64,000 bases of DNA from Eledone cirrhosa (Eukaryota). The stretch spans positions 248,434,001 through 248,498,000 of the forward strand of contig OZ024741.1 in the NCBI GenBank assembly GCA_964016885.1, in the 5' to 3' direction. Position 1 is the first letter of the stretch. Each line of letters begins with the position of its first letter. The position numbers and the translations under genes are program-made. A model generated the notes under the pieces. It saw only the letters and a program-made list of their open reading frames with translations, did not search any database and had not been told where the DNA came from. Below, one piece after another: positions 40,592-54,728 of this stretch.

Positions 40592-41597
40592 GTACACACG
40601 CCCACAATCATATATATATATATATATATTTCGGAATTGCACTTGTTTGATAAGTAACTTCATCTGAGTTCGTGTATTGAAGCTGAAACCATTACATCCT
40701 GGTGGAAACTGTTAGCTATTTATAAATACGGAACAACTGTTTTTATTTGCTTTCATTTATTTCTAAATCGTATTAATATACTATTAATTACGTAAAAATA
40801 ACTGATATACTGACGCACAGACCTTATAGTATTGTGTTAGTGAGCAGGGCACAGGAGTGTGGCGAAACTGTTTAACACTTTATATTATATAATACTATTT
40901 GTAAAAAAAAACAATGAAAGTGACTATATCAATCTATGCGTGCCTTTTAAATGGCTAATATGACTTTATCACCAAACAAAATGTATTGTTGATAAAACTA
41001 TAAATTGGTCAAACATGCAAGAAAGGAAAGCAGCATTGAAAAAGACTATATGTGCTATAAATGAGGGGAAGAACAAGGACTTTTGGACAAAGGAAGAAAG
41101 AAGGGGGGGTGGGGGGGTGACAGACTCTATACCGAGGTCAGAACGGTGTTTCGGCTGCGCCCCACGGGCAAAAGTGCAAAGGCATTTCCGTGAACAATGA
41201 CCAGCGACACCTGCTGCAACAGCCACCCCGTCTCCACTGTCGAAGCCTGCTGACTCCAGTTGTGATGCAGCGTCGAGGCTCCTTCATATTTTGTCCTTCA
41301 GAGCAGTATATCGGGGGAACCGGCCAGCGCTTTGGTGGCATGATAGTGGGTGCAGGCCGTGTATACCAGTATACCAGTATACTCTCATTAATGTGGTATG
41401 GTGTAGTTTGAAAAAGATTTGGCTGCTATTTCTATTAAATCAAACAAACATCTGCCACTTCATTTTTGTTGTTGTTGTTGTTCTTTACCAGTTTATTTTC
41501 TGATAAAAAAAAAGGCCCACATTTATAAACATTCACTGATTTACTACTGTTGAGAAGAAGGGGTGAAGTATTCTTTGCGACAGAAAAAGTTGACAGA

Positions 41598-41672
41598 AGT
41601 ACCTACGAGGAATCAAACCTCGCATCTCACGGATGGCGGGCGTGTGCGATAACCTCTGCGCTAAAGAGCTAA
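41598..41672 (-). mobile_element. tRNA-like SINE head or tRNA pseudogene
   Basis: Minus strand TAGCGCAGAGG A-box-like and GGTTTGATTCC B-box-like motifs; no clean cloverleaf. Confidence 0.4.
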
Positions 41673-42754
41673 TTCCGAACAATCATCATCGAAAGCGATG
41701 GAAGTCCATTTACTTGTATGTGTCGAACTATATTATATAATGTGTCCCCTTTTTAAAGCAGTGGGGAGTGAAATGGGGCTTATATTTGACTGCTATTTTT
41801 AATAGATCGTGTGGCCTCTCAGTGACTCCAGACTTGTCAAAACTCTCTGTCCGACGGGGAGATCTCCCACCCACTTTGGGGTGGGTGAGAGATGTCTTCT
41901 CTTATGAAATTGAGTATAGCTTTCATGATGTAAAATCTCTCCATTTTCCATCATTTCTCCCCGTTTTGGGGCCACTTTTTTTCATGGTACTCCCCCGTTT
42001 GGGTTTTTAGAGGTTGGCAGGTCTGGTGACTCTCACGTTGGCGCCAATATGTTGACTCATTCGAAATAGCTGTTAAGCAAATCTTGTCAAAGAGATTCAG
42101 ATGAAGAACATTACCTCGAATGAATTATATTATATTTCTCGGGAAATACCCCACGAGGAAAGAAAACTCAAATAGAATCAAAATATGTCTAACTTTCAAT
42201 CACGAATAGAATGAAAATAGACAAAACAACGATACATTTTTTAAATGTAAACTATATATTTTCATATCCGTAAGATTGTTGCCAAAACCATGAAATCTTC
42301 CTTCGTAAATATGTTCTGTCATTTGATTATACTCACGAGTATAAAAGAAAGTGCATTAGTAGTTTTTACTGGAGTTATCAAAACAAGCAGATATTAAGTT
42401 AGACAAATACACACCAACATACACAAAAAAAAGACGAAAAAAAAAAATAAAACTTCAATTTTGTTTGCTGTCCACATTCCTTTATCTCTTTCCCTCTCTC
42501 TTCTCTTTCTCTCTGTGTTTCTTTATGTGAGTGCATGTTTGGGTGTTTGCATATGTTGTGTATTTGTGTGTGTGCGTGTATATATATATATATATATATA
42601 TAATGGAGATCGTAAAGACCTGTTAGACCATTACTCGCCAGAGTTCTCGATACTTGGGGTAGTAGAGTGGGTAATATGAAAGATTCTGGACCCCAACGGC
42701 TGTTCGGGTTTAGCTGTTGAAACGGCTGGAGCTCAGCCGTCGGGGTCCCGAATC

Positions 42755-42801
<47 letters not shown>

Positions 42802-43458
42802 CCCCTATAATTTAATGACCTCAAGGAATCGATTCCGGGCATGCGCAAAGAGGTATGTGTCCAACATAGAGGATAGAATACCACCAGAGTGAAAACCATA
42901 TTGTCTACGAAAGGAATGGAGAATACATATCAATTAAAAGAATAAATTAAAATGTACAAACCATCCGTTTATAATCAACACCTGGTCATGTTGTATACCA
43001 TGTTTTACCACAAATAAAGTGTTGTTTCATACCGTTGACGGCTTATCAACAGGTGGACCAACAATATAATCCACACTTCTAAAAATATATCAGATAATTG
43101 GTATACGCACATGGTGGAAAGAGAAAACATGCACGCTATACAGCCCATGGTGGTGTGAATGGACCAAAAGACCGCTATTCTATCCCCTATAATTGAACAC
43201 ATACCCCTGTGTGTATTTTTCTATATTTATACTGTCTTATATGTATGTGTGTGTGTGTATATATATATATAACAAAGAAGGGATGGTAAGATACCAGGTG
43301 GACCATAACGTACTGGAGTACTCAATACTTAGGGTAGAGTGGATCTAGCTGTCGAAACGGCCGAAGCTCAGCTGTCGGGGTCCTGACTCTTTTCCTATAT
43401 ATATATATATAAAGGAAATGGTATATATTTTATCTAATAATTCTAAGGACATGATTTA

Positions 43459-43545
<87 letters not shown>

Positions 43546-43681
43546 CATATATATATACATAGTTTCTGGGGGGGGGGTGTTCAGGGTGTGTGTGTGTGTG
43601 TGTACATGTATTCATCTACTCGACTGAATCAACAGCAGGAGGTCAAAACATATGTAGGTATGTCGGAGGGACGGTTTAAAG

Positions 43682-45701
43682 CAGTGTTTCTCAACCTTTT
43701 TGACCCCCGGGCCCACTTATTTTACAAGCGTAAACTAGTGCTCAAAAACTATTCTGGACTATAACCCTCCACATGATATACTCGTATATACTAGTGCTTC
43801 TCAATCTTTTTGTTCTCCCGGCCCACTTTACTCCCTAGAAATTGCCAGGGTCAGTGCTCAAAGAGCATTCTGGAACACTTACCCCCATATGATCCCGACT
43901 GCATTTAAATTTCACGAGTGAAGAACACGAATTCTTGATAAAAAGTCAATAAAAAACAAGAAAAAATTTAATGGTCGTTTTAACAATGCTCAAATGCTCA
44001 GTGGCTGCACTGCTCCTGATGTCTTTCAACAAGACTATCAATTTGGACTTCAAAGGATTGGTTTAACTTGAGCCGCAAATCTCCCCGGTTGAGGGTTTGA
44101 AGAAGGTTTCTTTTTCTCAAAAAAATATCATTTAGCGTGGAAAAACCAGATTCAACAAGCCACGTTGTAGGAAAAGAGAGAATAAAAGGAAAGGCTTGAT
44201 CATAAAGGTTTGGAAATATTTTTTCGACATTAAGCCAGCCGAGAAGGCCCCCGCGCTCCATTTTTCCCATCAATAGCGCATTCTCTTTGAGTTCCAGCAA
44301 GTCGACTGCAAGATTAGGATCCAGAGTTTCGTCGCTAATAACATCAAAGTTTTGAATGTCCAACAGCCACTGCGGGCTCTTCATGTCCAGTATATCATGA
44401 AATCGTCGTTTGAAATCAGTTTGTAAATTTCTTATTTGGTCGACGCAGCTGATCAAAACGGCGTCAGAAGGTGTGGTTTTGGAGAGATTTGGAAAGCATG
44501 CGAATGCAGATGATTGGACTGAAGCTTAGAGATGACGGATCGAATTTTTTCCGTACAATACACTATTGTAGTCGCACGGCCTTGAAGGGACTTGTTTAAT
44601 GAACTAACGTGTGCAAAAATATCAGCCAGATAAAAAATGTTGGTCTTGGTATCGTTGTGGCTTAATTTTTCGACTAGGAGGCCTGCTCTTTCTCGTTGAA
44701 TTCGTCTGCATGCCTCAGTCGCCATTCGCTGTATGAATAGAAAAAGCGGATCCCATAATTTTACGAGACGATTTAGCGAATTTCCCTTGGAAAGCCAGCG
44801 AACCTCGGTATGCAAAAGAAGTGCACGATGGTCTTCATTTTCACACAGTTCTGAAAACAATGGTTCGTAGAGACCATTCGCTTTTACGAAGTTAATGCTT
44901 GAAATAGCAACTTGAAGTGCATGCTCCATGTCGCTACTTAGGCATTTGGCTGCAAGGTGTTGATGGTGAATGATGCAGTGTATGGATAAGACGTGCGGTG
45001 CAACTTTAAGTTTTGCAATGAATCTATTATGTACACCCGTCATAGCATTTGCACCGTCTGTGGCAATCTGAAGTAGATTAGAAAGTGGGATGTTTTTTCT
45101 TCAAAATATTCATACACTGATGCAAAAATGGATTCGCTTTTTGTGTCTTTCAATGATTTCATAAAAAGCATTTCTTCACGAATACACGTTCCCTCAATGA
45201 ACCGAACATAAGCAAGAAGAAATGCACAGTTATGAAGAGTCGTTTCATCAATTTTGAGAGAAAATTTGAGTACTCGAAGCTTCTCCACCAGCTGATTTTC
45301 AATATCTGCTGCCATTTCATCCTGTCTGCGTTTGATTGTGTCGTTGGAAAGTGGAATTTTCGATAAAATATTGGCGGATTCTTCTCCCAGCATTTCTTTT
45401 GCACACGCAAGCATGGCCGGTTTTACCTGGAGTTTGGCGATCGTGTGAGGTTTACACACCTTTGCGACCAGTTCACTTACGATATAACTCAATTTAAGTG
45501 CCTTTTTGTTAACATCGTTCTTTTTTCGCATGAACATCTGCATCGGAAGTTGTGACTTTCTTCTGCGTGTTTCCAACTTATTCTTAAAATAACTTCTTCC
45601 AACACTTCTTCCAACGGAGGCCCACTGAAATTTCTCCGGGCCCACTCAAAATTGTTCTGGGCCCACTGAGTGGGCTCTTGGCCCACTGCAGTGAACCACT
45701 G
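43682..45701 (-). mobile_element. hAT DNA transposon, Buster/Charlie group, frameshifted transposase
   Basis: TIRs CAGTGTTTC / GAACCACTG. 8-bp TSD GTTTAAAG at 43674-43681 and 45702-45709. Motifs KPHTIA, IPLSNDT, IDETT, HCIIH, LLHTEVRWLSKG, FPTTWLVESGFS. Confidence 0.92.
43998..45645 (-). pseudogene. hAT (ZBED5/SCAND3-like) transposase in three frameshifted pieces
   Basis: ORFs 45040-45645, 44453-45043 and 43998-44456. Confidence 0.88.
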
Positions 45702-46431
45702 GTTTAAAGAACGCTTCCTTAACCATCAGACGACCATTAGGCACTCTGATAAGCAAGCTACGTATGGTCACTCAAGAATGTAGTCGTGAATTTCTCCATT
45801 CAAGGGAAAGTACCAGTCAAATTCAGGCCGTACGGAAATGGAACAGTGTCCTGTAAGCTATGCATTGATGAAAGAGTGAATAACTTGTAGAGGTTACGTA
45901 ACAGTACTTGCCTTGACACGAGCCGATTTTTAATCGCTGCCTCTGTGCAGTAAAGTATCTATTACGTAACTGGAAAGACCCGAGATGACCATAAGTCTAA
46001 CCGGGAATGAACTAACTCAAACGAAAATTGTCTCCCCTTCAACAGCCTAATTTGAGTTGTCTCTCTTGTGACTAACTACCGTCATCTGCCACGCAGAATC
46101 CAGTCAGATCTTATATACTTCCGTTTTCACCGCAGCTATACACGAGTTGAAAATCCGTCCGGTGAAACGAGTGTCCTCGAGTATGGTTTGCTAATTTGTT
46201 GTGGAACTAACTCTATAGCGAAACGTCCTTTGGACTGAGTGCTCTACTTACTACAGATATAACCTCCCATTTTTTTACCACGCGCGCACACATACGCGCG
46301 CACACACACACACATACGTGTGTGTGTGTGTGAGAGAGAGAGAAAGAATATGTGGAGGATGGGGTATGTATAATGTATATATATATGTATATGCACATCT
46401 ATACACATATATGTATATATGTATAAATATA

Positions 46432-46484
<53 letters not shown>

Positions 46485-46631
46485 ATAATAATAAATTTGA
46501 AGACTAAAATCCAAAGAGGGCTCGATAAGGATAAATATATATCAAATATATATGAACCGTAGAGCAAATATTTATTAAAATAGCAGATTAAAGTTTAAGC
46601 AAAGATTCTTTGCTTAAACTTTAATCTGTTA

Positions 46632-46711
<80 letters not shown>

Positions 46712-46846
46712 CAAAAGGGATATTCAATTTGTTGGTAATTCAACAAATATAAATGTTTATGACTGATTCAGAGCACTCGACAGTTTTCTGGAGTATAATA
46801 ATCAATGATATTAAATAAATTGAAACTATATTTATAAAACCATATT

Positions 46847-46907
46847 TATTCTATTATATATATTTCAAGGGTACCAAAACATTGGTACGCTCTCATCAGA
46901 TAAAATA
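46847..46907 (-). ncRNA. Minimal type I hammerhead ribozyme
   Basis: Minus strand: UAUUUUAU-CUGAUGA-GAGCGUACCAA..UUGGUACCCUU-GAAA-UAUAUA-UA-AUAGAAUA. Confidence 0.72.
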
Positions 46908-46960
46908 CAAAGTTTGTTTTATAAATATTGGTTATGTCAATATTTATAAAACAAACTTTG

Positions 46961-47021
46961 TATTTTATCTGTTAAGGGCGTACCAAAGTTTTGGTACCCT
47001 TGAAATATATATAATAGAATA
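46961..47021 (+). ncRNA. Hammerhead copy with mutated core (CUGUUAA), probably inactive
   Basis: Same stems as the minus-strand copy; core changed. Confidence 0.5.
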
Positions 47022-47061
47022 AATATGGTTTTATAAATATAGTTTCCATTTATTTAATATC

Positions 47062-47116
<55 letters not shown>

Positions 47117-47120
<4 letters not shown>

Positions 47121-48068
47121 ATTTACATATACATAAAGTCACAGATATATATGTGGCAACCGGTCACGTTGTGGCTCAATGAAGAATTAATAAATTAAAT
47201 AATCAGAGCAATATATTATAAATCATGTCCTTAGAATTATTAGATAAAATATATACCATTTCCTCTCCCAATTAGCATAATTAACCATATAAAAAATCAA
47301 TTAGCCTTTATTCTTATAGTCTGGTCTAATTGATTTTTTATATGGTTAATTATGCTAATTGGGAGAGGAAATGGTATATATTTTATCTAATAATTCTAAG
47401 GACATGATTTATGATATATTGCTCTGATTATTTAATTTATTAATTCTTCATTGAGCCACAACGTGACCGGTTGCCACATATATGTCTGTGACTTTATGTA
47501 TATGTAAATCTTTATATTTAATAATCTCCCGTTGGATTGAGATGCAATTGGGCGATATTGGGCTGCGCTTTCTAGCAACCAGCCTACCCGCCGTAAGCAA
47601 CTAATCACATTCTTTCTAACTTGACCACTGCCACGTCACGATTCTTAACCATTTTTGAATCTATTTTTGGCGCGATCGCTTTGGAAAATTAACTGTCCAA
47701 CAGAGTTTGTCTCCTGATGTGTCTGTTACTCTAGGTTCATCCTTAACAGTAGGATATCTAAAAATACGGACGAAACCATGGTAGAGATGTAATTACGGTA
47801 TGTACACGTTTTTTCTAAGTTTAAATTTACACCTAATTGTGTATAGTTGACGGTATATTTAGTCAGTTTCTACATGCTGTTGAAATGTTGGGTAAATACT
47901 CTATTGGGGTCACCGCGAAGAGGTCGCTTTCGGTTATTTATCAAATATTTCTTCATAGGAGCCTTTATTCTTATAGCCTGGTCTAATTGATTTTTTATAT
48001 AGTTAATTATGCTAATTGGGATAGGAAATGGTATATATTTTATCTAATAATTCTAAGGACATGATTTA

Positions 48069-48072
<4 letters not shown>
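47117..48072. mobile_element. (TA)n-flanked fold-back element, same family as 15111-16160
   Basis: ~47117-47305 is inverted at ~47325-47515; terminal segment repeated at ~47960-48072. Confidence 0.65.
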
Positions 48073-48122
<50 letters not shown>

Positions 48123-48164
48123 TATACATACATACACATACATACATAATACTTACATATATAC

Positions 48165-48236
48165 ACGATGGCTGCAAACTCGATTTCGAGTAATGCCATC
48201 GCTTGATACTTAAGCATGAGCATCACGGACGTGGCT

Positions 48237-48240
<4 letters not shown>
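48165..48240 (-). mobile_element. 3'-end fragment of an RTE-type element next to (CATA)n
   Basis: Minus strand KSHVRDAHA* then GGCATTACTCGAAATCGAGTTTGCAGCCATC, similar to the 3' end of the 610-bp element. Confidence 0.5.
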
Positions 48241-48268
<28 letters not shown>

Positions 48269-48285
48269 CATACATGCATACATAG

Positions 48286-48316
<31 letters not shown>

Positions 48317-48672
48317 TACATACATATATATATGCAACCATACATGCATACACACACACATACATACATACATACACACATACACACATAATACATACAT
48401 ACATACATACATACATACATACATACATACATACATACATACATACACACACACATACAACCATACATACATACATACATACATACATACATACATACAT
48501 GCATGCATACACACACACATACATACATACATACATACATACATACATACATACATACATACACACACATTCAACCATACATACACACATACATACATAC
48601 ATACATACATACATACATACATACATACATACATACATACATACATACATACATACATACATACATACATAC
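48240..48672. repeat. Imperfect (CATA)n/(CA)n tract
   Basis: Direct sequence. Confidence 0.9.
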
Positions 48673-49487
48673 CCACATCTGATAACATGTTAATAAAACT
48701 AAAAAGAAGCTTATGTCAAGCAATGACGTTCTTTGGGAAACTTGCAATGTTTTAAGTGGTATGCTGTGGAGGTGTGTATTTACGTGTATATACATGACTG
48801 TAGGTTTGATGTTGTATATACACGTATGGGCAAGTATACATGTATGTATGCGTGTCTGCGTAAGGGGCGAGGTGGGGAGAGGAAAGGAAGTGGGGTTGTA
48901 AGCTTCGAAAGTGTGCCAAAATAGTTATGTCTGGTTTGGCACACTTGCAAAACACCCACGCAGTTGATTGCACAAGTACATGCATTTGTCTTTCCTCCTC
49001 CTCCTCTCCCACCCCCGCCCCTCTCTTCATTTTCATAAAGTTGAGGTACCCGGCGATGGCCGGGTATTTCATGAAAATTGTAATATATTTTTCCACCTAT
49101 TAAAGAATATTTGACGAATATAATGAACTTCTTATTTTCTCTTGAAACATGACACGCCACGAGTTACCGTAACACTCTCCTGAGTAATTGTTTCTACTTT
49201 TGGCACAAGGCCAGCAATTACCTCAGTTCGTGGGAGGGGGGGGGGGGGAGCTACAAAACAAATGTAATTTTAGTCATTTAGGGGGTAAAGGTAAGAGGAA
49301 AACGACCAGCTTCCGAGGAAGTTCGTCGCCTTAGAGACAGAAATATTCAAACATTAAATCAAATCAAGTTTTTTATAACTTGTGAAAAATAAAATAAAAT
49401 AAAATAAAATAAAATAAAATAAAATAAAGCTTACAAGAGCCGACACGTAGATATCCAATGTAAACAAGATCAATGATAATAATAATT

Positions 49488-49672
49488 ATTTCTACTTTTG
49501 TCACAAGACCAGCAATTACCTAGTACATTACTGGTACTTTATTGTATCGACCCCGTAAGGATGAAAGGCAAAGTTAACCTCGGCGGGATTTGAACTCAGA
49601 ACGTAAAGGGGCGTAACTCTATGCTGCAAAGCTTGGCGCCCGACCCTCTACCGATACTGCCAATCCACCACT
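49488..49672 (-). mobile_element. tRNA-derived SINE
   Basis: Same family as 8469-8650. Confidence 0.8.
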
Positions 49673-49989
49673 TTTTTTAATAAGAATTTTGCGACGAACT
49701 GTTTTTGTGAAGACATGTTTTATTCAGTTTGCTTTAGTCATAAGCACCCTTATCAGTATATCTATATTGATTAATGTTTAAGGTGACTTACAAATAAAAC
49801 ATCTACTTCCGACTTTAGATTAAATGGTTTCTTTTACTTTTAACCCATTTACTTCTCCCCCCCCCCTCTTCTCGGTCTTTTTTTTTTTTGAAATGTGTTT
49901 CTCTCTTTCTCTCAGTTTCTCTCTCACGTATTCTATTGTGCATCATACCGTTTCCCCTTTCTCTCTATTTCTCTCTCTCTCCCTCCCCC

Positions 49990-50369
<380 letters not shown>

Positions 50370-51700
50370 AACACGGAAACCCCTTCTACCTCTACATAGA
50401 AAAAAAAACTGGAAGAGATATCTGGATGATTTCTTCATCCTCTGGCATGAAAGTATAGAAAGGCTTTTTGAATTTAAAACACTTCTAAATGAACTCAACA
50501 CAAACAATCAATTTAGAATGGAATACACCCACGAACAACTTCCTTTCCTCGGCATCCTTATCAAGAAAACCAACAACAAAATAGAAACAGACATATACTA
50601 TAAACCCACAGACTCCAAACAGTATCTTCCATTCAACTCATGCCACCCTAGACATACCAAAATGAGCAGTCCTTACAACCTAGCCAAAAGGTTTTGTACA
50701 ATAGTATCTGATAAATACACATGCTACATACGACTAGAAGAATTAAAGAACACACTTATTAGCAGGAATTACCCACCATTCCTAATCAACAATGGATTCC
50801 AACGTGCCCTACAACTCAACATCCAGGAACTTAGACACCCCAAACCAAGGAACGAATCAAAACTGAAAACTCTACCATACATCTTCACACAACCCCCTTA
50901 ACAATGAGGCATTCGACACCATCCTCCAGAACATACTAAAAAGAGACCAAATCCTCCAAACGCACAAAATGCGGAAGACCCAACTGTGGTATATGTACCA
51001 ATCTAATAGAGAGATCGGAGTTCCACTTCAAACAAGGACAACACTTTACAGTTAAACACAATTTCACATGTGCATCAGAAAACCTGATCTATGTATTGAC
51101 CTGTTCAGGTTGTCGAGAGCACTACATAGGACAGACCAAAAACAGCCTCCGGCAACGTATGACCGTCCATAGATCCCAAATCAAGATACGGGAATACAGA
51201 AATATAGCACTGAGTGAACACATCGCGACCACAACCCAATTTTAGAATTTTTCACATCTAGAAATTTAAAGACAATGATTGCAACATCCAGCGCATTAGC
51301 AAGGAATCACAATTTATCGCCAAATACGAACCCCTTCTAAATGCTTCCACTTCGGACTAAACTAAAGCTGGCACACTCTAAAATTAACATCCTATACAAA
51401 TTAACCCTTTAGCAATGTATACTTCTCCAAGATTCCAGCAACCTCTGACAACTATATAATGCAGACCAAGGAACCACACAGAAACACCCAAATTAGCTAG
51501 CCCTGGAGGACTTCCACGAAAATAATCGGATAAATGGAAGCATTCAGGTGTCAAACTAAATGCTTTACATCCCCCTGAATCTGAAAGTTTCTGCTGAAGA
51601 GAGAATGGGCATTCCAATGGCTCTGAAACCCTTTTTGTGACAACATTTTCTCCATTCCCCTAAATCTGAAATTTCTGCTAGGGATGGAATTAGTATTTCA
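50370..51700 (+). mobile_element. Penelope-like element remnant (Neptune-like): RT C-terminus and GIY-YIG endonuclease
   Basis: WKRYLDDFFILW, LPFLG, YYKPTDSKQYL, SCHPRH; Cys linker KCGRPNCGIC; FTCASENLIYVLTCSGCREHYIGQTKNSLRQRM at ~51063-51160. Degenerate CUGAAGA..GAAAC at ~51594-51630. Confidence 0.85.
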
Positions 51701-52291
51701 ATAACTCTGAATCTTCTTTGTGGCAAAAAAACAAGGCCAAGATAGATATTTTTAGAAGCAATCAACCCCCGCCCCCCACGGTCAGCTCTAAGGTCACCCG
51801 GCCTTTCAAACCAATCTCAGCTGGAACTTGTATCCACTCCTCAAAGGGCTTCACACAGCAGCCTGCCAACACTCCTCTTTCCTCTTCTTTCCTCTTCTCC
51901 TCTCCCCTCCTCCCTCTCCCCTCTCCAACTACCTATCACAACCAAGCTATAAGCAAAGTAGGATGGACAGAGAAATGACTTCTCTGAATGAACATGCATG
52001 TGAAAATTAATTTTTCTTCCCTTTTTTATTTTCATTTTCTTCTTCGCCAAACGTAGAAACAATTATTATTATTATTATTACTATTTGTACAAATATGCAA
52101 CTTAACAATATACTGCATATTTGCAATTGACAATGCATTTAATGCTGAAACCGGTATTGTAAATAAATTAATGTTTTGATATCTCACTGAAAAAGATCTC
52201 TTCAACATTTTCTACTGAAAGAATCTTTTTCCTTTGTACTATTTGTTTTTGTTTTTATATATATCAACTCCTGTGTTACTTTGCTACATTC

Positions 52292-52381
<90 letters not shown>

Positions 52382-52399
52382 CCAAGCTCACGCAACTCA

Positions 52400-52600
52400 C
52401 GAGAAGGTCATTTAGATCAAGTGGTGTCTGTGCTTGCACATTTTTTTAAGTGGAGAAAGGCTTTGCACTGGACCAATCCCATTCTCTGAACAACGGTGAT
52501 AGGTATCCGAAAAGAACAGGTCAACATCATTAACTGCCATCGACTTGCAGGTTTTACATAAGAGTACCCCTTCTCCAAGAACTAGGGGTCTTTCCCTCCC
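52400..52600 (-). mobile_element. Diverged RTE-type 5' UTR fragment
   Basis: Reverse complement matches the GGAGAAGG..ACTCT..AAAACCTGCA..GATGTTGACCTG..AGAGAATGGGATTGG motifs. Confidence 0.5.
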
Positions 52601-52964
52601 AGTGGACTAACCGCCCGCTCGGGCACCAAACCGAGGATTTCCATGTTTATTATATACATACATGGTGATTGCTTCATCTTTACAGATGATTGCCGTCTCC
52701 CTATGCACCCCCATCAACCGTCTCCAACTCCATTCACGGTCTCTTAGGTGGCTTTTAATTCCAGATGCAGATTTGCACAGACTGCAGCAAATATGACAGA
52801 CAGAAGATGTGCCCTCTATTGGATTGATTGCGTCAGTTTATGGGATGTCATCCTTATGTACCCTCACAAGCCTTTTAAGACCAGAAATTGATTAGCAGAT
52901 TTTTTTTGCACACCACGCATGTTGTTTCGCCTAGTATTGGAGGGATAGTGCTGTAGTTGGCATT

Positions 52965-53218
52965 TTAATGTGATTTTAAATGAGTGATGTACCCAGATTT
53001 AGAGAGCAGTAGACGACCACACACTTGACAAATCCAGCTCCCTATGACCTTATTGGGGTTCAGACAGTGGCTTTTTCGAAGCTGGCGTTTAAGTTTTTTA
53101 TGATCAAGACGTCTCTCTTTAAACATTTTGCAGCCTTCCTTCACATACCCTTTCCATTCAACCTTCTTTAAAGCAAGCACTTCCAAGTTCTGAATTTCAA
53201 ACTGTAGATCCTTAAGAT
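52965..53218 (-). pseudogene. RTE LINE ORF C-terminus with C2H2 finger
   Basis: WKGYVKEGCKMF...WICQVCGRLLLSKSGYITHLKSH*. Confidence 0.7.
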
Positions 53219-53259
53219 ACATACATACATACACAGCACACAAACACACACGCACACAT

Positions 53260-53389
<130 letters not shown>

Positions 53390-53742
53390 GTGTGTATAAA
53401 TATAAATGCACATACACTCACCCAGATATAATAGAACACTGTTTCCTCATCCTTGTAATCAAGCCCTTCATTATTCAATGTTACATCATTTGCATTAATG
53501 TGTGTTTGTTCATTCGCGCACACACGCACACACATTCATAAATATATATATATATATTTAATACAATAACAGAGATAGCTTAAAGCTAAACTCTGACTGG
53601 TAACCATCTCACTCAACAAACATTAGGTTATATTTTAATATAAACCCAATTTAAGTGTTTGGGGTACTAACAATATGTATTATGTGGAAAAGCCAGTTGT
53701 ATTATTTTATGATATATAATTAAAGTTAAAATACATCTCTCT

Positions 53743-53867
53743 TTCCAAACAATTGTTTCATTATAAGTTTTCTACAAATTGGGAGAATATTTCCAGTTTA
53801 TGTAGAAGCCTAATATACATTCATGTAAGAATATATTTAGGTGGGCGCTTATAAATCATCAGTGGAA
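53743..53867 (-). ncRNA. Type I hammerhead ribozyme with extended stem II
   Basis: Minus strand: UUCCA-CUGAUGA-UUUAUAAG...CUUAUAAU-GAAA-CAAUUG-UU-UGGAA, inside a (TA)n-flanked element at 53556-53905. Confidence 0.65.
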
Positions 53868-53901
53868 GCCCATTAAACTTTGATATAAGAAAAAATTCTT
53901 A

Positions 53902-53944
<43 letters not shown>

Positions 53945-54161
53945 TTAAAACAATGAAATAAAAAATCAAGTCATTAGAGATATACTGCACTGCTTTACGA
54001 TCGTTTCTAGATGGTGATAATACATTGTGTCTATACTCAGTTATTGATCTATGTAAGTTTACAAACTGTCAGATAGAGAGAATATTTACTTACATGCATA
54101 TCACCAGCTGTTTTCAAAAGCAATCAAAAGAATAGACCCCACAACTTACAGTGGATACCTC

Positions 54162-54230
<69 letters not shown>

Positions 54231-54557
54231 ACAATATATTTATGTATACATATATATATATACATATATTATGTATACATATATATATATATGTATACAT
54301 ACATATATATGTATATGTGTATGTCTGTGTGTGCGCGCGTGCGTATATATATATATATATATATATGTATTCATTAGTTAAGCAAAACATGGCCACAAAA
54401 TCAAAATTCACATGGAAGACGTTAGTTAAAGAGTGTCAAGATAATTGCAGTTTAATGTAAGGAATAAAGATCAATAACGATCTAATAACCAATTGATCCA
54501 GAAACATTACATGGAGTAGCGAAACAATTGTAAACGGACATTATTATTCCTTACATT

Positions 54558-54728
54558 GGATTGGCAGTATCGGTAGAGGGTCGGACGCCATGCTTTCCAG
54601 CAAAGAGTTACGGCCCTTGCCATTCTCCCGCCGGGGTTAACTTTGCCTTTCATCCTTATGGGGTCGATAAACTATAGTACCAGTAATACATTGGATAATT
54701 GCTGGCCTTGTGCCAAAAGTAGAAACCA
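54558..54728 (+). mobile_element. tRNA-derived SINE with TSD
   Basis: Same family; TTATTATTCCTTACATT duplicated on both sides. Confidence 0.75.

Larger units (their letters stand above)
43610..46250 (+). pseudogene. Penelope-like GIY-YIG endonuclease remnant split by the hAT insertion
   Basis: Joining across the TSD gives KTYVGMSEGRFKERFLNHQTTIRH, then YVWSLK and PYGNGTVSCKLCIDE. Confidence 0.7.
46802..47066. repeat. ~130-bp-arm palindrome carrying two oppositely oriented hammerheads
   Basis: Arms ~46802-46930 and ~46938-47066, with a GTTATGT loop. Confidence 0.85.

Noticed and set aside
40960-41420. GC-richer island with short ORFs
   Set aside because: No recognisable domain, splice pattern or termini; possibly a transposon fragment but unsupported.
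41598-41672. Functional tRNA gene
   Set aside because: A- and B-box-like motifs are present but the cloverleaf is poor; more likely a SINE head.
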